From NCBI GenBank assembly GCA_030141605.1, contig JAQGDQ010000182.1, forward strand, positions 62,001-126,000: a DNA stretch of 64,000 nucleotides, given 5' to 3'. The stretch comes from Tubiluchus corallicola (taxonomy: Eukaryota > Animalia > Priapulida). This document shows positions 1 to 14,575 of this stretch, in pieces. The notes under the pieces were generated by a model. It saw only the letters and a list, made by a program, of their open reading frames with translations, ran no database searches and was not told the DNA's origin. Position 1 is the stretch's first letter. Each line of letters begins with the position of its first letter. The translations under genes and the position numbers were made by a program.

Positions 1-329
1 ACTAACAGCCTATCTAATTGACGTGTAACTGCATTGGCGCAGATCGTTTTCGGGCCTGCAAAATTTGAGAGCTTGTTTACGGCTGCGTAGGGCTTCCAGC
101 GAGTCACCGAGGAGAACGCGAGCTTCTCTAATGCTGAGCGCAACCGAATCACGGAAACAGTTTGTCTCTAAACGCTCTCTCGACTGTTTACGGTATCTAT
201 AATAGTCGTGCGCACGAAACATATAGTTTACAGATTGGCAAAGTGATGTCAGTTATGCAGCCAAAATCAATTAAGCACGGGCGACACATTTAGACATTTC
301 CTTTTGGGTTTCCTCTTTTGTCCCGTGCC

Positions 330-612
330 ATGCGTAATTAGTGTTTCATCGATTGCTGATGAGTGAATATGCGGAATCTTGACCATCGAGAGCACCTCCT
401 CTCATCGTGGTGTTGAATTACCAGAGACTGCGACAGTAACAGTGATATTCAGTTTCAGGTGAAATATTAAAACATAGCGTGCGTGGCCGCTTAGAACTTC
501 TGGGAAACCAGGCACAGTTTCAAGAAAATTATTCAGGTTTTTCTTCATCGTTTTTATGCGTATCATTGTGAACTAATTTGTCGAAACAGCATTGGTCTTG
601 GAAACAGTTTAA
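330..612 (+). other. Possible non-coding 5' exon upstream of GPCR exon A (5' boundary uncertain)
   Basis: Exon A has a strong acceptor at 2040, so it needs an upstream exon or leader. Candidate donors are AA|GTGAGT at 613 and GTAAGT at 748, downstream of a CpG-richer stretch at 1-500. Confidence 0.3.
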
Positions 613-2066
613 GTGAGTTCAAAATGATTTTAGTATGGAACTTATTGACAATTTGTTTTACTTTATTGGGTATTTTGAGAACTTTTGAAGATTAGTTTCA
701 TTGAAGCAATTTAGGTTCTCGTTTGCTGATAATGACTGTATCAGTTTGTAAGTGAGAGCTGTTCAGCGTGTTTTAGAATTTTTGGGAATAAACGATTTAG
801 TTTATCCAATCCCCAAAAAAATGTTATTCCATAATTTCACGATATAAAACAGGTTTTGAGAGTTTTTGGGAATAGAGTGCAAAAAGACTTAATGTCATTA
901 AAATTTCAGAAACAACAATTAGCTTGGTGACTTTAAGCACTTTCGAGAATTAGTTTCAAGTTTTTTTAAAGGAATGGCCTCAAACACTGAATAGCCAATC
1001 AGTTCGTAGTAGTTGCAGTTTTCAGGGAAACATTCTTTCTGCTAGAGAAATGAGAGAGAAAATTCTGGCAAGGAAGCCTTAGGAAAAAAGTCCTAAGCGT
1101 TTGTTCTGTAAGCTATTTAGACTCGCATCTACCAAGCAACAAATGATCATATAATTCTGGATTTGAACACTGTTGGAATTGTTGAAAAAAAATTTCAGGG
1201 GGTTAATCTCCAAGCTGGTAGCAAGTTAGATTTTTATTATTCTCATCATCACGTATTATGTTGCAAAGACATCTTTTATATATGATTAATTTGAAGTGAC
1301 TGCACTCGACAGTTGGAAACGGATTTTGATGTAGCATTACTTGAGCTTGAAGTGAATTATAGGTCGACGTTTATTAACTAGTTACTATTTTATCTGGATT
1401 AATCGTCCACTGAATGTTGCCCTACTACAGCACAGTTGTTCAGAAATCAACTTCGCTCTTGTAAATACTAAAACGTTGTCAATGATTTTCCCTAGTTTCA
1501 GCAGTCATCACCATTAATTCTGAACTGTCAGTTGTGACGTTAGGAGCGTCTTTTTGCTGGGAGTTTAATGCTCACTGAGATAAACAAGCCCCATTAACGT
1601 TACATAAGCCGACAGCCTCCAGAATTCTGGAAAATAATCCGGTAACGGGTTTCAGAGGTTGACATTTTGCTGTTTTACAGGTTGTAATGATACAGCTTTT
1701 ATCTTGTTTTAAAGTTTAGATCGATATTGATTTCAAATCAATAGATTATTATTATATCCGAGTAAATAAGTTTATTTAACACTGCTGAAAATTTTTAATT
1801 TAAGCCAACATCTTTTTGCGCAAAATCGAAAAAGAATTCTGTGTACCCAACGTGAAAATCTTACCATACATAAACCCGAATCCTTGATGAAAATCAACGC
1901 TGTAATTATACTAGTAAACAACACTGTATATGGCGGCATAAAATTTATTTTAAAAGATGGTTGATTATATGGCTTACATAAATAGCGTAGCTCTTGAACG
2001 TTGTTGCTGTAGTTCTTTCAAAACTCTCTTTGTTTTCCAGATCATTGAATGTGCTCGTGGTACAAG

Positions 2067-2363
2067 ATGGAAAACAAAATGGCGACGCATATCTCACTGT
2101 CTCTTTTGTGCTTCGTGTTCAGCGCTGTCCATTCCGCCACTGAAAATGCGTGTCAATGTAACAATACAGAAGAGATACATCCACGTAAATCTCCCACCAC
2201 AGGAAAGAATATCTTGCATATTATTGGATTGTTTGATCTCAGTGGAGGTTGGGCAGGTGGTCTAGGGCAGCGGCCGGCAGTCCGTTTAGGCATTCATCAT
2301 GTTAATCAGATGCCAGGAATACTGGACGATTACGAGCTGCAGCTGCATGATAAAGACAGCGGG
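2067..2363 (+). CDS. GABA-B receptor-like class C GPCR, first coding exon variant A (signal peptide + start of Venus-flytrap domain)
   Basis: Translation MENKMATHISLSLLCFVFSAVHS (hydrophobic signal-like) ... LHIIGLFDLSGGWAGGLGQRPAVRLGIHHVNQMPGILDDYELQLHDKDSG resembles the GABA-B1 N-terminus (IGALFPMSGGWPGG...DILPDYELKLIHHDSK). Acceptor tctctttgttttccag ends at 2040; donor GGG|GTGAGT at 2364, phase 0. The start could be the ATG at 2049, 2067 or 2079. Confidence 0.85.
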
Positions 2364-5300
2364 GTGAGTTATATTATTTTGCCTACTCTGTCATGATGCC
2401 AAAGAAATCTATTGCCAAGAAATCAGTATTTTGTACTAAAATACTCGATGACATCATTGCTTTGCCAGTTACCACGTGGGCACTATTCTGCTTTGTTATC
2501 GTTTTCAGCGCATCACTAGTAGTGCCAACCTAAGTCTTCCAAAATATAAGTTCTTCTAGCTGGTACAACTTCTTCGAAATTTGCTGATCCTTCTCTAATC
2601 AATTACTTTTTATGAGCCAAAGTTTTACCTCCTAGGTTTTGCCAAATAACTAACGAAATTGCAATAAAATAAAAAAATTTGGGCCTCATACACCCTTTGT
2701 TCAACTTGCAGTAACAAAGTTATGTAACAGATTACGAAGTAAACAATTACACTACAAGAAAGCTCCATCTACATCGCTCTGTAGAATACAGGCAAGTGTG
2801 GAATTTGAAGCACAATCCTTTGTGACTAATGATATTCATTCTTAGCAACACCTTTACCTTGTCTCCAAACGCGTCCAACAGTTAGTTAAGAATTGTGGGT
2901 TGGTTAAAAAGTAATTGATAATTTTGGTGCGAAATTTATTTAATTATCTCGTGTAAGACGTCTATTAGCATAGTAAAAGTATATTTCCTATTGGAGAATG
3001 GCATCCAAAGCATTCGCGCTACCAGTGTTATAATTAGATTTGTCACTATTTGTACGCGACTCCGAAACGAAACGAGTAATGGTATAGGGCCTATAACTGT
3101 TTCACAACAAACAAAAATGCTTTTCACAAAACAACAAACATTCCCCCATTTTCGTTTGCCCTAATAGTAAATGATTGCGTATATTTAGCTGCCCGATGGG
3201 GCCTCGCCCAAAATTGCAGTCAGTCAAAACAAGGTGGAAATAGTTCAACTTAAATGCTGGTTGAAGATGAGCACGGAAAGAGGGGCCTGGTGTGAATGTT
3301 GCAAACAGTGTAAAAGAGCGCAACGCTGTGGCCGTTACACGGCAGAGTAAGCACTGGTTTGCATGTCGTTTTTACTAAAATTCATTCGTTAGCTAATTCA
3401 TGCATTATGCACTAATAAGCTTTCTGAATTTAATTTTTGCGGGCCCTGACTACCAGTATTTTAGTCATTCGTAATCCGATTATCCGAAAATTCTAAGAAT
3501 TCTACTATATTTTTGAGAAACAATAAATACGAAAGGTTAAATAACACCATACAGTTAGATGAGTAAACGTAAGATAATATTCACTTCTATTAAGTAATGC
3601 GTTGCTTATAAAACAAATGTTGTTCTTGTTATAATGAATTTGAAATCTTTACATTAATTAAATTCTGTGGCTTTTGTTTAGCCAAAGAGGAAGAAGAGGG
3701 AATTTTAAAGTATGTCCGAAAAAACTTTCTATACAAAGTCATATTACTTAACATTATGATTACCTGCTTAAAAGAGTCATGTAAATCGGAAAAGAAACGT
3801 CTTGATAATTTAAAATGTTTGTCCCAACTGGTAAAATATTATTGTATCTATGGACCACTGTGCACTACCCGCTTACCAAAATACACATTATTGATGTTAT
3901 GACAGTATAAGGTAATTTTACTTTTGCTTAGTTAACGAAGAATATGTTACGTTTGCTCTAATTATTTGTTCAGTGTTACCTAAACTTGTTTCAAACGGCT
4001 GATCGTTAAAATGGCTGCACCTAATGGTTATCGCGGAAGTATAAATTTACAAGTTCTTTACAGCGTCACTGCTAACGCAAGTTCTGTATACAATAAGACA
4101 CTATATAAGTAAGGAATTTTATAACCGTACAAATAACGAATTTTCTAAGCTTTATGAAGAGTATTTTCTTGTCCATTACAGTATATAACTCAATAATGGA
4201 CAGAATTCACGTAAAGCACTTCGTATTTCACCATAATTATTAATACAAAAAACTGAATTTCGAGAAATAGGGTAATGCTGGTGAGTTAGTTAGTTGGTTG
4301 GTCGGCCAGCCGTTGATCAGTGTGTAGATCAGAGAGTTGGTTGGTTGGGTTTTGGTTGATTAGTTGTTGGTGGTGGTTGTTTGCTTGTTTCATTGGTTGG
4401 TTGGTTGATTGGTTGGTTGGTTGGCTTGCTGGTTAATTGTTTGGTTGGTTGATTAGTTTTTTACGTTTTTCCGTCATAGAGAACGGGTGAGTTTTAGCGC
4501 ACAAAATGCTATAAAGTCGCGCTGATAATTTTTATTGTTACCTGCAGTTACTGCTCCATTTCATGAAGGCGAAACAAAACTTAATGGGCCAAAAAGAACA
4601 GTAGCCCCACCGGTTTAACCATTCATGGAAAATCGCCTTATACAGAAATTGCCAATAATCAAAAACGGCTGGTATTTTCTTTGCTATTTCCTCGAGTGTC
4701 CATTGATTGCGGAAATTAGAGTTGCCATAAATATCAGTAAATGTGTAATTAGAATCGACATATTAAAACGCTTGTTGGTAGCAGTAATGCAACCTATTTT
4801 CTCGCTAATTCTTCCAGGTAACAATACGCCCACGCACCGGAGCTGATTCTGTTGAAACCATAGATTGCATAGAAGCCAAGTAAATGTCATTTCATGCTAC
4901 ATTAATTAGGTTCTACAGGTTGCCAGGTTGTCTGACAGGGACTTTTCTAACTTGGGAGACTTAATTAAGAGCTGCAGTAAGACCATGTATACTATACGTC
5001 TTTGTTGTACAAATGAGCTCTTATAGCTAAGCCTTTCTGAGGTGGTTTTGCACAGCAAGGCTGTCATCTCGAGGTAAACACTAGATCATGCATTTATTCT
5101 AATTATGCATTAAAATTAGTCTTCTAACTTCAAAACACAGACGAGCACTTAGAGGCCGGCTTAGTTTTTTTTCAAAATACATGTTAGTTTGCTCATTTCT
5201 GATTAACAGTGGCACGTTAACAGTATCTTTCTGAGCCTTTCTTTAGGTTTGCTGTTATCGCGTGTGCCGCTTCCAATTATTCAAAATGCACATTGTGGTC

Positions 5301-6789
5301 ATCTAAGTGACGTCAAAGATCATGTGCTGTATTCAAGGTGGTTTGTACAACCTTAGTATATTATAAAATTATTATATTATAACTATAATATAATATAGGT
5401 GTTATTGTTTAAGCTGTTTTTGCCATTATTTGGTCAACTTGTTTGTGTCTAATATTGTCCATTGATGAATCCTCTGTTAATTTCTATATCTTAACTCTAA
5501 ATTTCTAACATGGAATAATGATTAAAATTCTAAAATGTTTTAAGCGATAAAATTTCGTACGTGCTTTAAATTTTTTTTATAAAAACTATTAAAAGGACAA
5601 AAATAAATGATTCTTTAGTGCTATTAATTAGTCCTACTACAATTAAGTGCTCTTTATTAGATCGGCTTATTTACCTAAATATTTTTCATTTTTTGTTCGT
5701 TTGTTTATACGTTTCTTTGTTTCTTTACAAGTAATTTTTTATTTTATTCGCAGTCTTTTCATTCATTCATCAAAATTAAGTCATTGAAGCTGTTTTCAGG
5801 GATGTAAAGCATGAGCGACTTATAGGCTGATTAGGATGAATAACAAAATTGGCTTCCCTTGCAGAAAAAGAGAATCGGATTACAAAATCTAGTTTACATT
5901 TGTGCCTACTGCGGGCGATTTTTCTTCTTATCAAATTTCTTCAGTTTGATTTACTCAGATTTTTCAACTACTTAAACGAGATGAATTACAATGTGTAGAG
6001 TGTCAGGAAATGATAGCCCGCATATTCTTAAAACTTATTGCAAGTAAATATACCGTATTTTTTAATGTTGTAATTTAATTTGACTTTTAATTCTAATTAA
6101 ATTTTAATTTTAAGTTAATAGTTTTAATTTAAGTTGAATTTGACATGTTTTTTTTTTAAATTATTTTCCATTTCTTATTATTAGAAAACAAAAATCGACT
6201 AAGTTCTTGAACAAATGCGTCATGTCAACATTCCTACTAAGGAACCAACATGAATAAGCCTTTTCACAGTTCCAACGATTAACGATGGATTTGTCTACAC
6301 TTGACAACGCCTCCGAACCCGTGCTGCTGTAACAGGAGCAGTTTTAACAGCTATATGGAACTTAGTCTAGTTCATTTTTTCTTGTTCGCAAGCAAAGTCC
6401 TGCGAGTAAATCACTCTACGCACAGACTAATGCATAATTAAGTAAAATCCACTTAAAATAACTGAAGTTAGTGTACTGGTGCGGCATACAGCTTTACCCT
6501 TTATCACGTGATGGTTGTAGTTAAGACGCGTTGCTATGGTACACTTAGCCTTTGACCTACAGCAACTGCGCGTGCGCACAACGAAGCTGTGAGAAGGCTT
6601 ATTGATTGTTGGGCCATTTAGAGTTGCGGTACTAAACATTAAAGTATTTTTCACTCATAAATGTTCTTTACTAATAAATATTCTTAATCAGATTTAAATC
6701 CTCTTTCTCATGGTTTTATTGGTTTTCATCTACTACTTTGGTTTCTTCTGTGCAACATAGGTAGGGCAGCCATTTGCTTACACTCTTAA

Positions 6790-7229
6790 GTCAAGCCAGA
6801 CATTTTCCCATTAAAAGCCCGTCATTAAGTATTCCTTTCTGAGTCAATGGTATTTCTCAATCATCGCATCGTCATTTAAGTGTCAGGTAACACAGGTTTA
6901 CCGAAAAATGTTCAGTGATATGTTAATACCTAATAGCTTACGTTAGAATCCTCCCAAACCATTGTTAACTGTCCCTATCCTATCTTGAGGGGAGGTTGAA
7001 GTCATTTCCTTACACTTCACACGTCAAGCCAGTAAACCAAAAACCAATTGCAAATTTTTTCCCATTAAAATCCCGTCACTAAGTGTTCCTTTCTGAATCA
7101 ATGGTGTTTCTCGATCATCACATTTTTATTTAAGTATCAGGTTTACTGAAAACAATTCACTGATATATTAATGCCAAATAGCGTACGTTTGAATCCTCCC
7201 AGACCATTATTAACTGTCCCTGTCCTATC
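6790..7229. repeat. Diverged tandem duplication of a ~200-bp unit
   Basis: 6790-6984 and 7023-7229 share gtcaagccag...ttttcccattaaaa.cccgtca.taagt.ttcctttctga.tcaatggt...gaatcctccca.accatt.ttaactgtccct.tcctatc. Confidence 0.85.
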
Positions 7230-9547
7230 AAAGAGCTTCAATATGCAAACTGACAGCCATTCCCCCCATCTCCAGTCAATGCAGCTTTTGTGAAAATCCA
7301 CTCAACTTACGTCAACGGCTGCATGACAGACGAGCCACACAAACAAATGACTATTTACTCATCGCTTTCAGCCCGTGTCAAAAATATAATCCATTTTTGT
7401 GCAATATTTCTTGACATGGCCAAGCCTGGTATTTTGATGTATTGGAAAATATACTGTCCTTAAGGAAACATGTGACGCAAAGAATCTGCATATTATTTAT
7501 TTTTCTAAAAGGTCAGATGGTGTTGTTGCTGCTGCTATTGCCGCCGCTGTGGTTGCCACTATTATTATTATTATTAATGCTGTTGATTTGTGTTGCGTGG
7601 TGGTGGTGATATTGAGACCTATTACAACGACGGTGACGGCAATGATGGTAGGCATTCTGGTAATGGTGCTATACTTTTTCTAATTGTTCGCACATAACTA
7701 TTTTCTGTTTATTTTTTCGTGATAAGCAATAATATACGAATAATATTCAGAGATAAGGCGAAATTTTTAACGGAATGAATCTAAAGCACAAAAAACCCTC
7801 CATTTATATAAAGCTTAAAAAATTCGTCTTGAAATTTTATAGCCCTTACATACTGCCTTTTTGCATACAGGGCATGCGTCGACAGTAACGCTGTGTAAAA
7901 CATGTGAGTTTAAACTCCCATGATGATCGTTAGACGCAGTCATTTTAACAATAAGTCATTTGAAACAAGTTTAGATAACACTGCGTAAAATTTGAAAAAT
8001 AATCAGAGCATTTGTAGCGCACACGTCACTAACTAAGTATCATTTTAAATAAGTATATCTTATCAATGAGATTAAAAATACGTTTTTTGATTAGTGAAGA
8101 GTGCACCCTATAAGTAGGTCAACGACATTTTACCAATTGGTGAAAGCATTTTGAATTTTTAAGACTTGTCTTTTCTAGTTACGTAAGTCTATCAAGCAGG
8201 CAAGCGAAATGCTAAGTAATATAATTTTGCATGGAAAGTTTTTGGGACATACTTTAACGTTTCTTTTTCTTTCCCTGATTTACGTTGTGCGTATATGACG
8301 TCATGTAATGCGCGATCGGAACATCATTGAGGGAGATCTAAAATGAAATCAAACAAAAGATCCTCTCAACGTGAGTACGATATACGCATAAAATTGCTAT
8401 AAAGTAAGATAATTTTTTAAGGCAATTTTTCTGAAACCTACTTCAGGTATCCCGTTTTTTGTCCCTTAAATTGAATTCGAGGCTGATCCCGGACCAACTC
8501 TGCAATTCCTTGCTCACTGAAGGTCTGTTCCCTTTATTTGGTACTATAATGGAAGATCTTGAGATCTCTCATCGTTAGCTTACAAAATTTAATGTTGGCA
8601 GTTTACTTTCTGTTGTTTTATGTATTTTTACCTTGGACATACACAAGTATAAAGTTGCTGTTTTTAATTTTAGTTTCTTCCCAGGCCTCTTATCTGTGGA
8701 ATTCTCTACTAGAAAATGCGATGTTTCCCTTTTAGTTCCAATCTGCTTCAAAAAGAACTCTAAGAGACACTTCCTGTAACTATAATTTTTTTTTGTTTTT
8801 CTTCACATACAATTAGAGGGCTGATTGGAATGTACATTTTGTATTTTCTGAATAAAAGATTTGCGACGGCGACGACGACAACAACAACAACAACGGCAGC
8901 AACAACAGCAAGTAATAATAAGTAACAATTGAGTGGTTAATGGTCATTTTTAGGGCATTTATACTAACAATGGAATACGTACGTCTAAACTACTCAGACC
9001 TACTCAGACTGTTTCTATCCCAGCAGCAATGCATATCAGCGCCGCAAATGACGGAAAAAATGGTTAAAAGTAATAGTTGCTGTACGAAGACTTGCTCACT
9101 AATCAAAAGCTACTAATCAAAGCCTTAATCAAAGACAGATCAAACGAAGTGCTGAACAGCACAGACAAGACTCCACATTTATCTTACCCATGGCTCTGAC
9201 ATGGCTAAAACGATGGTGTTAATCAATCAACGTTCTGATTAGATTAATTTAAACTTTCAGAAACTAGCCTGTTCTAATTTTGCGCAGCAATACGTTTTTA
9301 GCTGAAGATAAGTTTAACAGCCTTCACCGTCTGCTCTTAGAGGTTTATCCATCATCTAACTGCCGCTTGACAAGAAACGTAATTGAAAGAAGGAGTAATG
9401 GCAAAGAAGGGGTGCTCCTTGTTTCCATGCGAAATTTGGCCTACTCGCTCGTGGTGTGATGCTATAGTATGCTATGTTTTTGTTGTCATGTTTGTATTAT
9501 TGACAGCTTCATCATCAAATCATCAGGGAGTTAAAGTAGAAGGCCAG

Positions 9548-9681
<134 letters not shown>

Positions 9682-9836
9682 GGGGGAGAAGAGAGGGACA
9701 GAAAAAGGCAGAAAGAGAAATAATAGAACAAAATACAGGAAAACAGTAAGAATAATAGAGACCGAGCAACATTTTGTCAGCATTTGCAAAAGCTTCTATC
9801 AAAATTGTGCATCATAATCTGTCGTTGTCGTGTCTG

Positions 9837-9837
<1 letters not shown>

Positions 9838-9917
<80 letters not shown>

Positions 9918-9923
9918 CATCAT
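9838..9923. repeat. (CAT)n microsatellite
   Basis: Direct reading. Confidence 0.97.
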
Positions 9924-12024
9924 CGGTATCGTCACCGTCATAACTGTGGTGGTTAAACCAATGGCTACTTATTATTAGCATTCCTATTGTTCAAACTGAC
10001 GAAACATTCTTTTGTCTCACACAAGCATAATTTATGCACCATTCTTTAACATTTCCAATTTCCTACTTCCGGTTTCAGCATTATGCTATACGCCCCAGTG
10101 CAATAAATAACAGTAGAAAAAGTCAGCAGCATTTATCAGAAACCATTAAACTCCTGTTGGTATGCCCAAGTTCCCTGAGTCAAACCACAGTTGTTGTTTT
10201 CTATAACATGTTAGTTACTGTATAGTTTATGAGCTCAATATTGCGGCCGTAAACAAAAACAAGTGAACGCAGCAAATCCGCCATTGTTTTTTGCTTACGT
10301 TTCCTAGGTTTCTGACCCTTTTATTAGTTGCTAGGAAGCCACTACAGCACTAGTCGAGTTTTTCAGCTTGTTTCGTTTGCTGTTATTCTTTAGATCTGAC
10401 CATGAATTGTAACACCCACGCCTTGGCTTACTGATACATGGCTACGCTGCTCTGTGACATTGACCTTTACTGTAAGAGATTGAACTTTGACCTTTTGATC
10501 TGAAAACCATAACAGGCTTACTATTAGTTAAAGAAGAGTTTTGCTGCTAAAGTTGTTTTACATTGATTGTATTTCCGTGTTGTACTATATCCAATCTGCA
10601 ATGTAGACATCGGCAGAGTGCTAAAACAATACAATTATCATTCCTTAATTGAAGAAATCGCGAGTCACGTGAAATATTTTGCTGACCTTTTAGCGCTTTC
10701 TACACATAAACTTTTATTAAATAACTGGTCATAGTATTTTGAAATAAATTCTTTGAAAGTTAACCAATAATTGCGAAAGCTGATTTAATGGTCGCACTTT
10801 CAAGATACGATTGCCATTTATATACGTCTTTAACCGAAATTTATGTCTTCGAATGAAAAACTTGCGAACGTTCTAAACAATTTTCTTTGACAAACGGCTC
10901 GCGTACATATGGTAACACAGGCTCTTTTAACATAAGACATATGGTTCATATCAGTTGGAGAAGTCGCTATCCTATCTGCCCTGCAGCAGTTTATATCAAC
11001 TGTGTTTAATAAAATAAATGCAAGAACTCGAAGTGGCGTTTCATCTCCTAATATCCAGCACTGCGGGGCCTCTTGATTGTGCCAGGCACAAATATTGCAA
11101 AACGCTTATTTTCATACGAATAAACGCTTCGCTCAATACGCGCAGTTTGTTTTTCCTCCTAAAGTGGCGTGATTTGCTATTTAGCCAAGCAATAGAAGAA
11201 ATCATTGCAACAAGATAGACTAAACTTCTTAAGCTAATCTACGGCTGCTAATAATAGAAATATATATAAATCGCTGATATAAATCGAAAAAATGTTGGTA
11301 ATACAGTATTAAAAGATATACATTCAAATTGTTAAATTATGAAGATGCTTTCCAGAATCAGTCGATAAAATTGTTGACAAACAACAGACGTAAAACAAAA
11401 TTAGCGAAACTCGCCTGTCAAATGTCTGCCGCGATGAAGAGGTCATGCAGATTTTATTATGTCTTGTCAGTAGAGGATATCTTGTATTAAAGTGACTTTG
11501 AGTTTTTCTCAAAGATGAATGGCTCTTGGGCTTTCGGAAGTGTTGTTTTTTGTTTTCTGGTGTCGCTGCTGTTGCTACCTTGCGCGTGTTAAATTTCTGA
11601 CGTCACTTTTATTTACAAAATTTTATTATTTCTCTTATAAGTTAGTGTTGTAAAAAAGTGGATGAAATTTTTTTAGTCGGTTTAAAAGCAGAAAGATTTA
11701 TAGGATAAAAACAGGTCTTACGTATGGCATTAACCCCCTGGTAGCATGTTGCGTTGATGCTAACCACAAATTAGTTCCGTGTGTAACAACTTCGAAAAAA
11801 CTTTCTTCTTTGATTAGCTGTTGGAGGCTTAAGTGCCAGTGTGCTACTGCTATGGTTGATTCTTTCTTAAAAAGCTTGGCAACTTAAAACGCAAGATCGT
11901 TCAGGTAGACTTTTATTTAGTAAAACTTTTACTAAGAGTTTAATAAGACTTTTATTTTACTAAACTGATACAAAATCAGATTTATTAAGCCGATACGAAA
12001 TCAGTTTTTAATGACACACACTAA

Positions 12025-12520
12025 GTATAAGATATAAGATAAGATATAAGCACAATTTATTTTACGCGTATTTATCAAAAAAAAGTATAATGTGCAATGC
12101 TGACGATAATGAAGGGTAGCTTCATGACTATAAAAAGTCTCGAGAAAGCTCCCCTTCTCTAATGGTGAGTTATAATAGTGATGCGTGATGTGTATAAAAG
12201 AAAAAATATTACAAATTATGCCAGACAGAAATAATTAATGTAAATAGAACTAAAGTGGTAACCAGAAAATTCAAATTAAATTATTTTCATTTTTTGTAAG
12301 GAATTTCCTAGATGAAAAATTGAATAGCATGATTATGCCAGAAAATAGATATATATAGAGATGCATATTGTATGTTTAAAATCATAGTATTCCGTTTGCC
12401 ATAACGGAAGTCATCATCAGATATTGATAACAAGATACTTAACAATTTCATAATAAGATATTTGAAGAAAACAGAACACATAAATTTCTTGTTTTGTTTT
12501 TAAAATATCGTGTTATCAAC
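12025..12520 (-). mobile_element. Possible decayed LINE 3' end
   Basis: The minus strand ends in AATAAA followed by a short tandem tail (tcttata/tctta)n, as in CR1/L2-type 3' ends; a similar end lies at 29580-29610 with a (ttcta)n tail. No intact coding sequence is recognisable. Confidence 0.3.
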
Positions 12521-13957
12521 ACTTGTTGATCAATCTGTTTACGAGAGTCGAAATATGTTTTTAAAAATACAATCGACATCTCTTGTGCAGTTTGTATATA
12601 CTTATATATTGTTTATTTGTGCTTTTAATGAGGTGAAAAATGCTCTTGAAATATTATAAAATTAGGTTTTATAATGAGACTATTATATATAGTACAGCGT
12701 GCTAATTGCTATCAACTTTTCACTAGCAGTATTAATAGTTGTAAAACTGAGCGAGTTTTATCTGTAAGAAATGCTGAATTATTTTGTACCATAACCTTAT
12801 GGTCCATTCCAGGTGACGCAACAAATGGACGCAATGGAATAAGAATTTTCAAGCCGCACAGCTATAAAGTTGTTTTTAAGAATTTTAAATTTGGAAAGCA
12901 ACATTTTGTAAAGTTGTCTACTCTTTCCTCTTGATTAACGTTTTATTCTTTTAATTTAGTATGTATCTGACCTTTGATTTACGTCTAGAGACAACCTCCA
13001 TGCTCAGTTTCATCTTGGCCTAATGTGAAGCCTATTCTGCTTTCAATCTTTGCTCGCGGTATGACAGAAAAAGCCACTTCATTAAGTAGCTTGTATCATC
13101 TGAACATTTTTCATCCCTCCCTCTAGAGACTCGACTCCGTGCTTTGGATTTTATTTGCTCTGTGCCATCGTTTTTATCAATGGCTCTTATCCGATATGCA
13201 ACTATAATTCATCAGCCTCTGGTCGCTATGATACCAATCCGTGAGCAGCTGAATGACGTCGATATTTTCAGCCTTTAGTCGAATGAGCCAAAAGAGATTT
13301 CAAAATTGCAACTAAAAGTGATTTTGATTTTTCAATAAAAAAAGTACAACATAGGGGTTAAATTTTTATAGGCTAATTTAAAAACTAATTCGGTTAGGTT
13401 GAGCTCGGCTAGGTTAAGGAGATTTGGTTCAGGGACTTGCGGTTTTTTCATAGTCAGTGAATGTAGTATTGTTGCTAAATTTTCGAGTTGAGTTTATAAG
13501 GTGCATCTTCCCAAAAAGCCCAAGTGTTTCAGGCTGACCTGGTCATGTTCATGTGGCGGTGAACATGTGCCTCCTTTCAATACAACGTATATATTAGTTA
13601 CTTTAATTGCTTAAACTAGTATAAGCTAGTGGTGCTATCTAGCCTATAATACATTATCTGAATGACATGCGCTTAGTGGAACCTCACATACGTGACAATG
13701 AAAATGAAAAATGCTTTGCAGTCACCGGGCACTTTGGCGTCATCCTTAATTCTCATGTGCGTGTCAGGGAAAAATACTGATAATCTATTAGGGATGAGCC
13801 TCGTCATCGTCAATATTAAAGCCAGCAAAACCAAAAGCATTAGTGAAACCCGCTCTGAGCGGTTGCTTTTAACTTAGAAAACTTGTAAAATAATTGTCGT
13901 TTACTGAGGCTCAAAGGAGACCTTTTAAACACTATTAAAATGCTTAATTGAACATTT

Positions 13958-13958
<1 letters not shown>

Positions 13959-14042
<84 letters not shown>

Positions 14043-14158
14043 GGAGAGAGAGAGTCAGAGAGAGAGAGGGCGAGAGTGAGAGGGCGAGAGAGAGAGAGAG
14101 AGAGGGGGGAGAGAGAGAGAGAGAGAGAGAGAGACAGGAGAGAGAGAGAAAGAGAGAA

Positions 14159-14223
<65 letters not shown>

Positions 14224-14383
14224 ATAGAGCTGGCCAAGCACGTCACAGTTCGTTCCTCGTGTAGAAGAAATTGGCAGAATGGTTGCTAGTAAATAGCTGC
14301 CACGGTGCCAGCCTCAGCGTCTGCAGAATTTTGACGTTATTATTTCGTTGTAAAAAAAATTAATAACAGTGCAGTGAAGTCAA
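13959..14383 (+). repeat. (GA)n-associated interspersed repeat, copy 1
   Basis: (GA)n 13959-14220 followed by a ~160-bp body (tttatagagctggcca...cacgtcacagttcg...gcctcagcgtctgcagaattttgacgttattatttcgttgta...gtgaagtcaa) found in reverse orientation at 63031-63287. Confidence 0.85.
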
Positions 14384-14390
14384 GTGACTC

Positions 14391-14575
14391 CGGGTGGGGT
14401 AGCTCAATGGTAGCGTGCTCGCTTCCCACCCGAGAGGTCGCGGGTTCATATCCCGACAGAGTCATACTAAAGACTTAAATATGGCATTGCTGGTTCTTCG
14501 ACCAAGCACGGGGGTTTATTGAAGTAACATGCGACTAATAATGGAAATAAGCATTGAGTTAAGTTAATGTCCTAA
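14391..14575 (+). mobile_element. tRNA-derived SINE (tRNA-Gly-like head)
   Basis: A box TAGCTCAATGG (14400-14410), anticodon-arm-like ctcgc-ttCCCac-ccgag, B box GGTTCATATCC (14443-14453), then body gagtcatactaaagacttaaatatgg...tgctg shared with the copy near 60570. Confidence 0.75.

Noticed and set aside
10-222. 70-aa minus-strand ORF at the window start
   Set aside because: No recognisable homology; more likely CpG-rich promoter/UTR sequence.
6300-6370. Frame reading ...AAVTGAVLTAIWNLV*, reminiscent of the WNLIQ end of the shared exon (a possible private exon 2 for A)
   Set aside because: In-frame stops, no CD or GCSS motifs, wrong spacing and no donor; most likely chance, at best an unrecognisable relic.
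14393-14460. Functional tRNA-Gly(CCC) gene
   Set aside because: Acceptor and anticodon stems are imperfect, and it continues into a body shared with the 60525-60785 copy: a SINE head.
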